Source of the DNA: Magallana gigas
Lineage: Eukaryota
Reading direction: 5' to 3'
Length of the DNA: 64,000 bases
Assembly: GCF_963853765.1 (NCBI RefSeq)
Contig: NC_088859.1
Coordinates: 49,600,001-49,664,000, forward strand
The notes under the pieces were generated by a model, which saw only the letters and a list, made by a program, of their open reading frames with translations, was not told where the DNA came from and made no database searches. The translations under genes and the position numbers were made by a program. Positions 11,660-27,469 of the stretch are shown here, one piece after another. Positions within the stretch are counted from its first letter, which is position 1. Every line of letters begins with the position of its first letter.

Positions 11660-11927
11660 TTTCTGCTTAGTGACAATTTTTACTACAGTCAGATCGTGGT
11701 AACTTCCAACGGTCGGTAATTCCGTAATCTAGTCATGGGATCACCTTCCACTTTCAAGAACGAACAGAAATCATCATTTAAATAATATATTGAGATTTCA
11801 GTCTAGAAAACTCTAAAGTATAGCGAAATTTCAGAGGAAGTTGAGAAATGTCAAAGGGCCAACAACTCGATCAATCGACATAAAATGTCATCGGGATCGT
11901 TGTTCTTTCTACTTTCATTTTCGAAAA
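11660..11927. promoter_or_regulatory. Probable bidirectional promoter/5' UTR region of gene 1 and TEPSIN
   Basis: The divergent start codons are only 268 bp apart. Inferred from geometry alone. Confidence 0.55.
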
Positions 11928-14900
11928 ATGACAGACAACAGAGCTGTAAATGCTGTCTTTGAAAAAGTTTCTTTTGTGAGCAAGGTATTTTGATAAGTTT
12001 TAAGATTTATGTAACTCTTTCAGCAACAAAAATCGACATGGCTAGGGAGTTTACATAAGCTAATCAATTTAACGTTAGATCTTTGCATAATAACACAATT
12101 TTGTTAATTGGGTTAATTGACAAGCGATGCAAATCAAAAACAAGTTGTGAGATTTTCATGGCATATACAGTATGTATATTTAAATTTTCTTTCAAAAAAC
12201 CCCCAGTTAATTAATCAGCTTTGTGCAAAACAACACGTTACTTTGAAATATTATGCTAGATATTAGGAGGGACATATGCATGCATATACGTTCCAGATAA
12301 TATATCCTAAAGACAAATTGACATGTGTTTTTAATAAATTTTCTGTACCATGTATTTGTCAGATCAGTACTGTTTTGAAAGCCACATCTGATGATGAATC
12401 TGCCATACCAGGATATCTTTACATGGAAGTTTGTAGTATCCTTTTAAAGATTTATCGTGGGTTTCATTACCGTTTCAAGGAGTTGTGATCTGCCTCACTT
12501 TTGTATGACTGAATAATTTGCATTAATAATTTATCTTTTTAAGAGTCTTATTATGTTGTAATTAGTTTTTTTTATATTGCTGACATTCTAAACTTATCAT
12601 TTATATATTATATACCTTACTTACCCGAATAAATTATGTATTGTTTTATTGCTCAATGAAATCATTAAGATGTGGTCAATATCAAAGTATGGAAACTTTG
12701 CTGTTGACTTAGTATACAGTTTCCTTTATAAGTACCTAGATATCACTCTGGAGTCAGATGGGTATAGTGATTCCATGCTAGAATACCTAGTAGATAGACT
12801 AAACAAAAAGTCCTGTCATGTTAAAATCAAGGTAACATCAATATCCATCAACGTGTTCAATGTGTTTAAGTGTATAAATATATACACCATATTCTAGACA
12901 CATCATTTGTATTGTAATCCTATATGTTAACACTAGTCAGTGACTTAATGAAATGTTGCTTGAATTGAATTGTTGAGAAAAACAATTTTAGTGCATCTTA
13001 GGAACAACTACTAATCTAGTGTGAGAAAACAGAAAATATGAAGAGTTCTAAAATTTTTCAGGTAATGAAATTAATGAAACACATCTTAATGCATGGGAAC
13101 CCTCAATTCAAGCTAGGCTTGATGAAGTGCTCCCAGGGTATCACAGAAGCCAAAAGTAGGTTTACAAGGAAATTATTTCATTAATAATTGATTCATTCTG
13201 AAATGTTACTATGAACCGATCTGTATATATGTATAATTGTATACCGTGGTGATAATATATATGTACGGTACTAATTTTTTAACTTACTGTAGAGCACAGT
13301 GGGCCACCAGATCCCTTACATGGGAACATTCCTTATCTTGCTGTGAGAAAAACTGCAAAGGTATTGAGAAGCAGGAATGCTGCTTTAGTAAAAGTGTGAA
13401 ATTGATACCTGTAATTCTAATCTTGACATTTTATTACACTTGATGTATAATTAATGATATTAAGGAAGGAGTAACAGAAACATGTTTTAATATTTTCTGT
13501 AAAATGTTTTGAATTATTATATTATACTGTGCAGACACTGTCCCTTGGTACTCTCTGTTTTCAGGCCACTTTGTTTCTGTATAGCTGTTGTGTTAACGCA
13601 TTATTTCACACAGTTAAATGCGTAAATCCCATACATATATTTCATTGTATTAATGAATCATTTTGCATATTGTTGCCTGTAATATGAACCTGGACATTGT
13701 GAGCTGTTATTTCATTCATTATTTGTTATAATCATAATATTATTTTTTTTATTTTTTTTTAATGTATATGCCCCCCGAGGGCCCTTGATTGGTGAATAAA
13801 TAAATATATAGTGAAATATATATACTCCCTTTATTTAAATGTTGGACATATATACAAAGTTAAGTATTTTCTGTAGGATTTTAGCTAGATTATACCCAAG
13901 AGTATGAATTGTGCTAATCTCCTCTTACAAAAAGATACATTAAAATTTTAATGGCAGTTGTGATTTCCTATAATTTGATTGGTTGATGACCTGATAGTTC
14001 AGCAACATGAAGTGTTGAATTCTGGCAACTCTTTCTATCCAATTGTTTTACAGGAATTATTGGAGATGCTTTTTGACACAGAGAACTTTCCAACTACAAG
14101 CAAACCCATCCCGGCATCCTCAGGTGATAATTTTGATATAATCTGAGCAAATGTCACACAATATATTGGCATTGATATTTTTTATTACCAGGTACAAAGT
14201 TTTTATTCAAACAAACTTAATATATTTTGATTTAATTATCAGTCCTAAATATCTTCTAATTGTTTAGAGTATATTACAGGTTATGGAGCCCAGTCAGGTC
14301 CAAAATCCAAGATGGAAGGGTTTGGAAATACAGCCTCGCCTCAGAAAGGTTAGAGGACTTTTAAGGTGGCTGGCCCCTCAGATCTGCCTTAAATTTTTAA
14401 ACATGATATTTTTGACCATATACTATTATTTAGTCAAGAAAAATCCAAATATTTTACCTTTGGAATATTTTCCTTTATTTAAATCCAGAGCTCTTCATTT
14501 TAGGAAATAAATATAGTCTAATACATGTAATGGCAGTGATCATCCAGCCCTCTTAAATTCCTTTTGTGTTGATACCGAAAGCTTGTGACTGCTCTTTATG
14601 TTTACTCGTATTTGTTACCTATACAATCTACTAGTATTCTGGGATTATTAGTTTGATATATTGATTTTGAAAAATAAATGCATGAATTTTATCATGATTT
14701 ATAAACTGAAAATGTACACCACACAGGCAGTATTTAAACACAAGGTACGTAAATGTACATAAAAAAGCAAAGTTTTTTTAATCATAATTGTAACAATTTG
14801 GTAATGATATGTCATTTTCTAGCAATCTATGACTAAGCTGTTGAGATTCTCCTCTTCTTCAGTAGGGATTGGGAAATCCTTGCTACAAAATATCAGCGAT

Positions 14901-16635
14901 TTTGCCCAGCAGCTTAGGGAGGAGCCAGAGAACCCCCAGAGGGCGGTCTTATCCTCCCTGGAGAACCCAGGGTCCTATAAACCTCCAGTCGACCTGACCT
15001 TCTGTCCCCCCGGAAACACCCTAGAGGGCATACAGCCTGTGACAAGACGGAAAGGCAAGTTCTGTTTGAATGTTTTTTGGTAAGGTCAGTGGAAACTATA
15101 GTTAATGTATGCATGGTAATCTCATGGAGCAAAACTGTAATCTGAAGCTGCCATGCTGAATGCAAAAATATTTTGCATTATGAGATTCTCTCAGGGATCA
15201 GATTTTGTGAATTGTTTTTAAGTACTTTTTACCCATCAGAATTTGTTTACCAAATTCATGAGTAACTCATAACCACCAGAATTAGAATAGAGAGTTTCTA
15301 TATCAAGGATACCTACATTTACATGCATTTACCCCCAGAATTAGTGTATTAAAGTATTTGTGGGTACATATACCATTTTATGGGTCCTGGCTCTTAAACA
15401 ATAATAAGTGTACTAACTGTATTTCACAGGCACATTTTTATAAGAATAATGTAATTCATTGGTCCTTTTTGAGCACCTCTTTCTTTGTACAATAATTACC
15501 TTAAGTACCTCTTCCCAATCAGAGTTTGTGTACCTTCAAATTTCATCCCCCTAAAAATTTAATAACGTTATCCTTCTGTTGAATTATCCTCCTTGAATCT
15601 TGAATTTTTGGAAAATCCCAGAAAATTTGATTTAATCATTACCAGGTACTTTACTTGGATATCATTTCTACTTTTCTTTTGTTATAACAGGAAAGTTTAT
15701 GTTTTATTATCTGTAGAGGTTGTTCACATCCCTGGTAAAGCAGGAGGAGGCTGGGACGATGACGAAGATAATACTGATGAAAATGTAGAGGACAACGTGG
15801 CAGAACAACACAACAGTTCCAATACTGACACTAGGTCTAGGTAAGGGAAGGCACCAACTGTTATACAGAGTCTTGTTTCTCTGTGTTTAATATGGAGGAC
15901 AATTTAAAAATGTATCATATTCAGTTTGATGTTAGCTTTTATATATATATGTTCAGGACAATATAACTATTTAGCAACTTCATATCTTAGCTATTTTGAC
16001 GATAGGTTAGACAGCAGTAGTTACGAGGACTGGAGCACTGAAGAGAACCTGGTGAAATCAACCGTTGATACTGGCAATGATCGTCTGCTGACAAACTCTC
16101 AGATAACAGAGTTCATAAAGTCCTGCCAGGCCTGTAACTGTGATAAAGTTTTGGAGCTGCTGTGTCAGAGTCTACAGTCGACAGACGGACCCCTACTGAT
16201 GGTAGGTACCTCAAAGAATGAGATACACAGAATCAAAGAAATAACATGCTTTTCTTACATGTTGTACTTTATTTACAGAGAGCTCTGCTTTTGGTTGAGT
16301 ATTTGTTAAGAACAGACATCTATGGTATCAATCAAATTTTTGAAGCTTGTGGTAAATACTTGTTAAATATATCAGAGGGAAAAGCTAGTCCACAAACCTC
16401 CAAAGCCAAAAAGGTAAATAAAAATCGTGATAGAATTTTCAGTTATTTTATCACAATTACGTATTATAACACAAATCTAAAGTAAACATGAGTAATGTTT
16501 TCTAGAGGAAAGAATTCAGAGAAGATACATGTGTCTTTTTATTATGAAGAATTATCTAGCAGTATTTTATCTTGGTAGATCATAAGAATTCTTGAGAAGC
16601 TTCGTTCAACCCTAGTGGAAAATGCAGCTTCATGA
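11928..16635 (+). CDS. TEPSIN: AP-4 complex accessory subunit tepsin (ENTH + VHS-like), ~408 aa, 12 exons
   Basis: Exons (+): 11928-11984, 12363-12435, 12740-12831, 13062-13155, 13293-13360, 14054-14123, 14280-14348, 14863-15054 (GC donor; alternative end 15079), 15717-15840 (alternative start 15691), 16006-16201, 16279-16413, 16579-16635. Motifs LKATSDDESAIPGYLYMEV, LEYLVDRL..SCHVKIKVMK, SGPPDPLHGN, PGKAGGGWD and ASPQTSKAKKIIR match tepsin/ENTHD2. Confidence 0.93.
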
Positions 16636-17220
16636 TATCAACAATGATTAGACAGTGTGCAATACCATATCATTATTACAAAATGAATTAATGTATGATT
16701 TTATCTGATTATTGTATAATTCCATGTAATCATGTAACGAGATTGTCTCTTCACTATCACACTTGGTATAGATGTCTGGACTTTCGTGTAATTTACGTTA
16801 GTCATATAGATATATAATACTTAAATGATCATCAAATGACTGATTGTTTATGCTACATGTATATAATTTTATAAAAACATTTGTGATTGTAATTGCACAA
16901 TTTTATTGAGCCCCATAACATTGGTTCTGGTACATGTACCAGTATATCATCATTAAACATGTAAATAATTCTTTTACTGTCTTTTCTTCAACAATCAATG
17001 TCTTCACACAAGATCATACAATGATCAAATATATCACAGTCACTGTCATCAATCAAAAGTTTGATCCCTTCATTCGGAGTACATTCCATGCACAGAGTAG
17101 ATCAAATCAACAAAATTATTGCGTAGCACAAAATTTGGTTATCATGTATCAGCCAATCAGTGGCTGTTGTATGATCAATGGGGAGAAAACACAAAGTATG
17201 TCCCTCATCTGGCTGGGCAG

Positions 17221-20218
<2,998 letters not shown>

Positions 20219-20557
20219 TTCTAACAGACTTTCAGGGTATCGTATCTCGAATTTCCTCTATTATGTGGCCAAGGAATCTCGAGTCCGATTAAAAATACTA
20301 AAGATGTAAAAACTACGTAAACATTACTTTCTGCTGTATAAAAACAATGATAATAGAATTGATTTTAGAATAAATTTTGAACGACTTTTTAAATATGTTG
20401 AATCTGGTCTATTTCCATATATTTTGCCGGAGAAATTTATGCTATGGGATTTGTTACTCATCATATTTGTACATCCGGTTGTTCCCTTACGACAATGATC
20501 AATATATGATCTCTCTATTTTATTCAATTCAAAGACTCCCATGCTAAGCTGTTGCAC
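20219..20557. promoter_or_regulatory. Probable bidirectional promoter of DCXR and the FAM104-like gene
   Basis: Divergent ATGs 339 bp apart; the FAM104-like ATG is itself inferred. Confidence 0.45.
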
Positions 20558-23500
20558 ATGACATCCGAGAGGTAAACAATTTGTACCAGATAATTGGAAA
20601 CGAATTATTGAAAAAGCATGAATTATTGAATAGTTATTCCAGGGCGCATTGACTTTAGACAACTTTCTGTTAATGAATTACAGATTAAGTTTAGTCCTTA
20701 GTCACTTACAGAGTGCATAATTCTGTGCATGCCAGATGTTCATTTTTTTTTAAATATGTTTTGTTTCTTTACCAAATTTCCACGTAATTATTTCATGGTA
20801 TTCGTCACATGGATATTTATATTCTCTTTTGAGAAGTGGACAGGCATAGCCTACATAGGCTATGCCTGTCCACTTCTCAAAAGAGAATAGGGTATTTATT
20901 GCTGCTGCGATCACAACTATGACAAACCTCTAAATTTCTCATGTAGTATTGTTGTTTATTACATGATGTTTTGATTCTTGCATAGAAAATATATTGTTTA
21001 AGATGATATTTGTAAACCATGATTGACCTATAGCAGTGATTTTGAAGGAATCAAGTCAAGTCGTACCCAACCCGACTCGCACCCAAACCAACTCGTACCC
21101 AAATATTTGAGTACGACTTCACTAGTCAACTCGTACCCACAGGGAAAAATATATTTATACTAAGAAAATAAAATACAATAGTTTTCATTCATATGTTATG
21201 TTTTTTATTTCTGTTTTATTTAACTTTAAATTAACTTTGCCTGTTGCCTAATCCATTTGATTACTCAAAAAATATGTTTAAATTATAAAACAATATCTAA
21301 TATAGTGATTTACTTACCGTTTTCTTGCAGGAAACACACCTCTCTTGAACCATGTTGATCTTCCAAATGGGATGCAAATATGTGTTTCTACTTAATTATG
21401 AGCAGCATGTTTATTTTGTGCTGACAAACTCATTGGTTGATCGGTTGAATTCATTCATTCATTCATACTTTATTTCCCTCATATGAGGATTATTTCAGAA
21501 CATACAATTATACATACATGCAACAAAAATCATTATAAGACAAAGCATAAGTATTTACATATATACAAATAATAATAAGGGGGGGGGGGGGGGGGGGGAG
21601 GTCCTACACGGGGGACGGGGCACACACGTACACAGGTTATGCTGCTAACATTCGGTTAGGTTGAGATTTGAGGGTCTGATTATAGCGTGCAGCAGTGTCT
21701 CGGATGTAACGGAAATTAAGTATACGAACTGCACGTAGATCTTTTTCTGACAACCATGTGAAGTATTTCCCACCTAGAAGAAAGAAGAATATATCATCCT
21801 CAGTCATGGCACACAGGTCCGCGGAGAGGTGAATATCAAAAGAGTTGGTGATCTGATCCCACCAGTATGTACGTAAGTCATTAGTAGAGGGACAGGAACA
21901 AGCGATATGTTGAAAAACGTCTACAAACATGGTGTTGCATAGTAGGCAGATAAAGGGAGTCTGTTCCGGAGGGCAAGCTATAAGCTTGCAGATAAATTTA
22001 CAAAGAGAGATTTCGTATGAGTTGGACGGAATAGACCAGATGAAACTTGGGTTTTGGTTTTGGATAATGGATTTGAAACGGTAAAAATCATTGTCATTTA
22101 TCATTCTAATGTTACGGTTTGTTTGGTGTAGCTTAGATACAGCAGATCTCACTATCTTTTTCCAAGTCTGTTTCGGTGGAAATGAGCAATCAAGGAGCCA
22201 CGTTTGTAGGTATTCAGTGAGGCTGTAAGTGGACAAAATATTGATGACATCCGGAATAAACCCTCGCTGTTTATTGGAAATGTTCTCCAGGAATGAAAAT
22301 AGGCGTGTTGAAAATATCTTCTTTGAAAGAGACTGGTGATCCATGAGACAGAGTCGGCCTAGAGATAAGAGTTTGCGGATATCTATTTCCGATTTGATAG
22401 GTAGAACGTTGAAAACACTTTCACAGATATCGGATCTTGTTTTGGTCGGAAGATTTTGTGCATTTTTGCAAACAAAATGTTGAAAAACATTTAGGCGTTG
22501 AAGATCGTTGGTAGATATACTGCTCCATAATTCACAACCGTAGAGGACTGTGGGAAGAACGATCGTCTTATAGAGGTGTGACAAAGTAAGCGGGTTAAGA
22601 TAGTTGGAGCCTATATCGTTGAGAGCAAAATATGATTTTTGTCCTTTTCTACAAGCTGTTATAATCCTATCTGAGAGTGTAAGTTTGTTGTTGATAATAA
22701 TGCCTAGGTGATTATAGTTGTCAGCACATGGAATTATTGTATCACCAAGTTTCCATATATAATCAAAATCTAGTTTGGAGCCTTTGGAGCGGACTTGTAA
22801 AATGCACGATTTTTGAGCATTGAAGGAAAAACGCCACTTCCTGGAATATTCGGAAGAGACATCAAGCATGCGCTGTAACGCCGTAGGTGTTATTGCAATA
22901 CACGCGATATCATCAGCAAGCGATGGACAGTTGCTGGTTATACTAAAAATACCAGTATTTGTACAGGATTTTTCAAGGTTAACAACAAGTTCGTTAATAT
23001 ACACAAGATATAAATAGGTTGACAGAACTCCACCTTGTCGTACACCTTGTGACACGGGAAACCAGTCTGATTGGGTTTGATTGACAACAATTGCACTGGT
23101 TGTGTTTGTATGACAATCATTAATGATTGACCAAAGTTTTCCAGATATACCCATTTCGCGTAATTTGATAAGGAGGCCATGCCTCCAAACCGTATCGAAA
23201 GCTTTTGAGATATCTAAAAAGCATACGTAAATATTGCTGCCCTGTTCAACGTTATGGTATATAGTTTCTTGCATATTGAAGGAAGCTGTTAAACACCCAA
23301 GGTGCTTTTGAAAACCCTGCTGTTGTCCGCAGGGGAAATGTCTGTCAATAACAAACTCTGATATTCTTGAATTGATAACATTTTCAAAAACTTTAAGGAA
23401 ACATGACAACAGGGCAACTGGTCTGTAGCTATTGCAAGATGTCTTAGGTTTGTCTCCTCCCTTGTATAATGGTACGATGAATCCACGTTTCCAGAATTCT

Positions 23501-26155
23501 GGGATTTTCCCGATATATACAATTGCATTAAAGAGTTTAACGAGACACATATTCAAAAGGTCACCGCCAAAAATTAGATGTTCATAGGTAACAAGGTCTG
23601 GTCCCGGAGCTTTGCGGCGTTTGAGTTTGTTGAACACTGCTAATATGTCATTGGTTGATATTTGGCCACCAGGTAGTTCGTCATGCGACTGAGTACATTC
23701 GGTTTCGATGTTCGTGTATTTAGATTCAGTTTGAACATAAAAGGTTTCATCAAATGACGAATCCTTAGACGGGGTATATATATTTTCATAGTACGTCGCA
23801 AATGCACTTGCGACGCCCAGGGGATCGCGAAAGGATACGCCCTCTGTCGAAATGATTTCTGGGTATGTGCGGGAAGTTTTAACTTTGTGTTTTTTCACAA
23901 GTTTCCAAAACAGACGTATATCGCACTCAGCGGCTTCATCTAGATCTTGATATACTTTGCGCATGTGATCTTCGTATTGTTTAGTGAGCGCATCTCTAAA
24001 GCGTCTTTTAGCGCGCTTATAGTTGCGATAGGAGTCAAAGACCATGCCACGTGGCCTCCCTTCGCCTACCCATATGCGCCGGAAGTTTCGTTCGGTGGAG
24101 TGCAATTAATTTTATTTTTAATTGATGATAGTTAACCTGCTCATTGTCATTCTTTGATCCGTCCACATTCAAGAACAGAACTATAGTATGCTAGATTTTT
24201 ATAACAAATTCTTTTAAATTTGTTATACAATTCGCATATTAATGTTATCGATAATATACAAAACATAACAACATAAGAATAAAAGCCATTCATTTTATTT
24301 TCTTATAATAAATATTGATCTGCCCGTAGTGAACCACATAGTTTTGGGTACGACCTGACCATTTGAGTACGAGTTGGTTTGGGTGCGAGTCGGGTTGGGT
24401 ACGACTTGACTGTAATTCATTTTGAATGTGATGGTCAATTGATAACTTTTTTAACATCAGTGTACATATCATGAGGGATAGGCCAAAAATAGTTATGGGA
24501 TGGTGTGGTTACTATAGGCATTTTTTACTTTCCAAGAAGTATTTAATCAATAAATTGATGATTTTTATTTTACAGAGGTAAAAAGAGACAAAGAAATGAT
24601 GACTGTGAAGATTGTTACCCCATTTCTAAAAGAATTAACCGATTACAGATAGAGTATGTAGACCTATTGTACTTTGATTTTAAGATAGCTTTCACCCAAG
24701 AAGTATCGATATGCAAGCTGAAATTCGAAGAAAGATACTCTTACTGTTTGTTCTCGGTGTCTAATTTTATCTTATCATTCTACATGTAATTGAACATTCT
24801 GAACAATCTGGCTAAAGAGTTGACTAGCCATAGTACCGTACTACTGTCCATGTAAATAAAATATGCAAAGAACTACCGTTATATTTGATATGAGTCAAAT
24901 TTGGCCTCCATAATTTGGCATTTTAAAAAGTGTTTCAGGTACATTGAAAAACTACTTGGAAAATGCGCCATTTTATGCCTAAAATGCGAAAATGGTGGGA
25001 AAAGGTTACTAACTTACTAGTAACTTTTTGATGTCATATTTCAAAATTGTGGGCATTTGGATCAAAATGAAAATTAGGAAGAAAATTCACATGTAAATTT
25101 GTTCAAAGGAATCAAAGAATTACAGTGAATATAGGGAGCCATATTAGGCCGTTATCTTATATAGTCCTTTGCTTATACATGTAATAATTTTAAAATTTGG
25201 ACTTTGATTTATTATTCTCTAAGTTATTTTTTTTACAAAGCTTATGAAAATATTTGACACCAGAAAAATTCTTTGGAAATTTTATGACTGAGTTTATCTC
25301 TTTATCTTCCTCATAACTCCTATAAAACGACCTCTTCACTTAAAAAAAAGCAATGTTACATGCCACAGTGAAATAGTTGAACACTATAAACAGGGTGTTT
25401 CTTAGGACAGACTCCCTTAACTGGACTTGTGATTAAAGGATTAAATTTGTTGCATAATTTGTGTGATTTTCAATAATTTTTATTTTTCATCTTGTCATTG
25501 CAGATCAGTTTCCAATCCAAGTACTAGCTGTGTACATCCAGCTCAGACAATGGGGTAAGTGAGGGTTTTAAACTCGTAAATTGTAATTCATAATGTATAT
25601 ATTTAGGAATTTCATGTTTACATTGTATTCTTAATGACTGTTTTTCAGCATATAGATCAGGGTGAATTAAAAAAAGTGAATCAATTTAGAATCTAAGTTT
25701 GTTTTGAATTTATTAAAAAGCATTGCAGATTCCATATTTTTAAATCATATTATGGATAAATGGTGTTGTTAATATTTTTTTCTGATATTAATAGATTGTT
25801 ATTTTTTTTCAGAGTTTGTATTCCTAAAGCCCTCCCAAATGAACCGGTTGATCTTCATTCACACTCCCAGTGTAGTAGCAATACCCGAATCCAGTGTGAT
25901 TCCCACAATGCCAATCACCTGTCAGAAGTAAACCCCCCATCAACCTCCACCAATAACAACCTCAATGCTGAGAACCCCGCCTGCCTGGCCTGTAATATGG
26001 GTCAAGGTGACCCGTATTACCAGGAGTTAATGCAAGGTTATGACCCCGAGCTGAGGGAAGAAGACAATCCTCATTACTTCAGCATTAATAGACTTCTGTT
26101 TGAGGCCCACGCCAGTAGAACAGGGCGACACAGAACGGACTTCTCGAACACATGA
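20558..26155 (+). CDS. FAM104/VCF1-like small nuclear p97/VCP cofactor, 161 aa, 4 exons
   Basis: Exons (+): 20558-20571, 24576-24653, 25504-25554, 25813-26155; phases are consistent. N-terminal basic patch MTSERGKKRQRNDD..PISKRINRL, low-complexity middle, and C-terminal HYFSINRLLFEAHASR, which resembles the FAM104 helix YFHINQTLREAH. Confidence 0.7.
20820..20889. repeat. Perfect 34-bp inverted repeat with 2-nt loop (miniature fold-back)
   Basis: TATTCTCTTTTGAGAAGTGGACAGGCATAGCCTA-CA-TAGGCTATGCCTGTCCACTTCTCAAAAGAGAATA. Confidence 0.95.
21450..24105 (-). mobile_element. 5'-truncated non-LTR retrotransposon (RTE-X/L2-like) with an intact RT ORF
   Basis: ORF 21637..24105 (822 aa) has KAPGPD, YRPVALL, QQGFQK, FLDISKAFDTV, GVRQGGVLS, SLADD and a C-terminal CxxC...H...C. 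The 3' end is AATAAA followed by (TGAA)n at ~21450-21475. No endonuclease domain is present. Confidence 0.93.
21637..24105 (-). CDS. LINE reverse transcriptase (endonuclease-truncated)
   Basis: Uninterrupted 822-codon frame with the canonical non-LTR RT motifs. Confidence 0.9.
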   Translation of the reverse strand: MHSTERNFRRIWVGEGRPRGMVFDSYRNYKRAKRRFRDALTKQYEDHMRKVYQDLDEAAECDIRLFWKLVKKHKVKTSRTYPEIISTEGVSFRDPLGVASAFATYYENIYTPSKDSSFDETFYVQTESKYTNIETECTQSHDELPGGQISTNDILAVFNKLKRRKAPGPDLVTYEHLIFGGDLLNMCLVKLFNAIVYIGKIPEFWKRGFIVPLYKGGDKPKTSCNSYRPVALLSCFLKVFENVINSRISEFVIDRHFPCGQQQGFQKHLGCLTASFNMQETIYHNVEQGSNIYVCFLDISKAFDTVWRHGLLIKLREMGISGKLWSIINDCHTNTTSAIVVNQTQSDWFPVSQGVRQGGVLSTYLYLVYINELVVNLEKSCTNTGIFSITSNCPSLADDIACIAITPTALQRMLDVSSEYSRKWRFSFNAQKSCILQVRSKGSKLDFDYIWKLGDTIIPCADNYNHLGIIINNKLTLSDRIITACRKGQKSYFALNDIGSNYLNPLTLSHLYKTIVLPTVLYGCELWSSISTNDLQRLNVFQHFVCKNAQNLPTKTRSDICESVFNVLPIKSEIDIRKLLSLGRLCLMDHQSLSKKIFSTRLFSFLENISNKQRGFIPDVINILSTYSLTEYLQTWLLDCSFPPKQTWKKIVRSAVSKLHQTNRNIRMINDNDFYRFKSIIQNQNPSFIWSIPSNSYEISLCKFICKLIACPPEQTPFICLLCNTMFVDVFQHIACSCPSTNDLRTYWWDQITNSFDIHLSADLCAMTEDDIFFFLLGGKYFTWLSEKDLRAVRILNFRYIRDTAARYNQTLKSQPNRMLAA

Positions 26156-27469
26156 CTTGTTTTCACTGGCCTTCAGTTCTGATGTATGGCAACAGATCTG
26201 TTTGTTGTTTTAATGTGTGATGTTGAACTCGGAGTGGCTGCTGATAGATAAATGGTGGGAGAGAATGCTTTTGGTTTCCGTTAGTTACAAGATATGTTAT
26301 TTATTTGTGTATCAGACAGTACATTATCATTAATCTAGTGATTTATAGATTCTTCATTTTTTTTCACTTTGTAACTAGTCTGTGTGGAAACACTGTATAA
26401 TTATGTATTCCTATTTTGATTTGTATTGAATAGTTTTTGAATACATCCATTCAGCAAAAATTAGGTTTTAGTTTAAAAGTTCTTAATAATGTAGATTTTT
26501 TTTTTCATTTACCTCATCAGCTTATTAATTAAAAAAATAAATATGGCTAATGCTTGAGAATGTTGAAATCTCTGTGTGTCATATCCAGTTATATGCAAAT
26601 GAAATAGAAAACAAAGTGGGTTGTCTTTAAAAGAATTTTGAAAAAAGCTTTCCTCATAAACAATGTTCACTGTACAGTGATGAATTTTTTAACAGTTCGC
26701 AGATGCATATTATAAAACAGAATGAAAATCGTGTCACTCTGATGTGACTTAATTACATGATTTTCTACAGTTTGTTTGCCTGGTAATTGTGAATTGAAGT
26801 TGTAATGAGTCAATATTTGGAACAGGAGGAGGGGTGGGATACTAGAAGGAGTCAGTGTACATAGGGGGCTGGTTGGTGAATTAGACCTCCCACACCAGTG
26901 CTGACAGCAAAACGCCCCCTACTTTAGTGATGTCTTGATTTTCTTGATAACTCTATCTTGAAGTTCCAAAGTTAGAAGAAAATCTACATTAATGATTTGT
27001 TAAAATAAAATAATTTATATACTGGCATTTTTTATGACAACTTGGATAATGAAAGCAAACCTCTGTCTCTAGATCTGTCTCTGGCATTCTAACAACCAAA
27101 CTATTTTAATAACAACTTAGAATTGTATACAAATCATTGTCAGTGCATGTGTATGTATAAATTTCAATTATTTTAAGGAAAAACACATATTTCCAATATA
27201 TTATACTTACATTAATTTCTGTATAACGTAGGTCTGTTATATGGTAGTATTTACCATTGCCTAGTACATTATACCGGTATATTAAAAAAATCGAACAATT
27301 TAGGTGACTTATGTATTAATAAAAATTCATTTACTGATTTACACAGGATACCTGCTAATGAAAGCAATAGGTATTTTAAGAAGTATTTTAAACGTCAATT
27401 TTTATTTTAGAAACTATGTGTCTGATAACGAAATCCAATTATGCTCATTTTTGTAGCTATAATGATAAA

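Larger units (their letters stand above)
21053..24412. mobile_element. MITE/non-autonomous DNA transposon with ~50-bp TIRs, interrupted by a LINE
   Basis: AGTCAAGTCGTACCCAACCCGACTCGCACCCAAACCAACTCGTAC (21054-) is the reverse complement of ~24367-24411. Confidence 0.85.
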
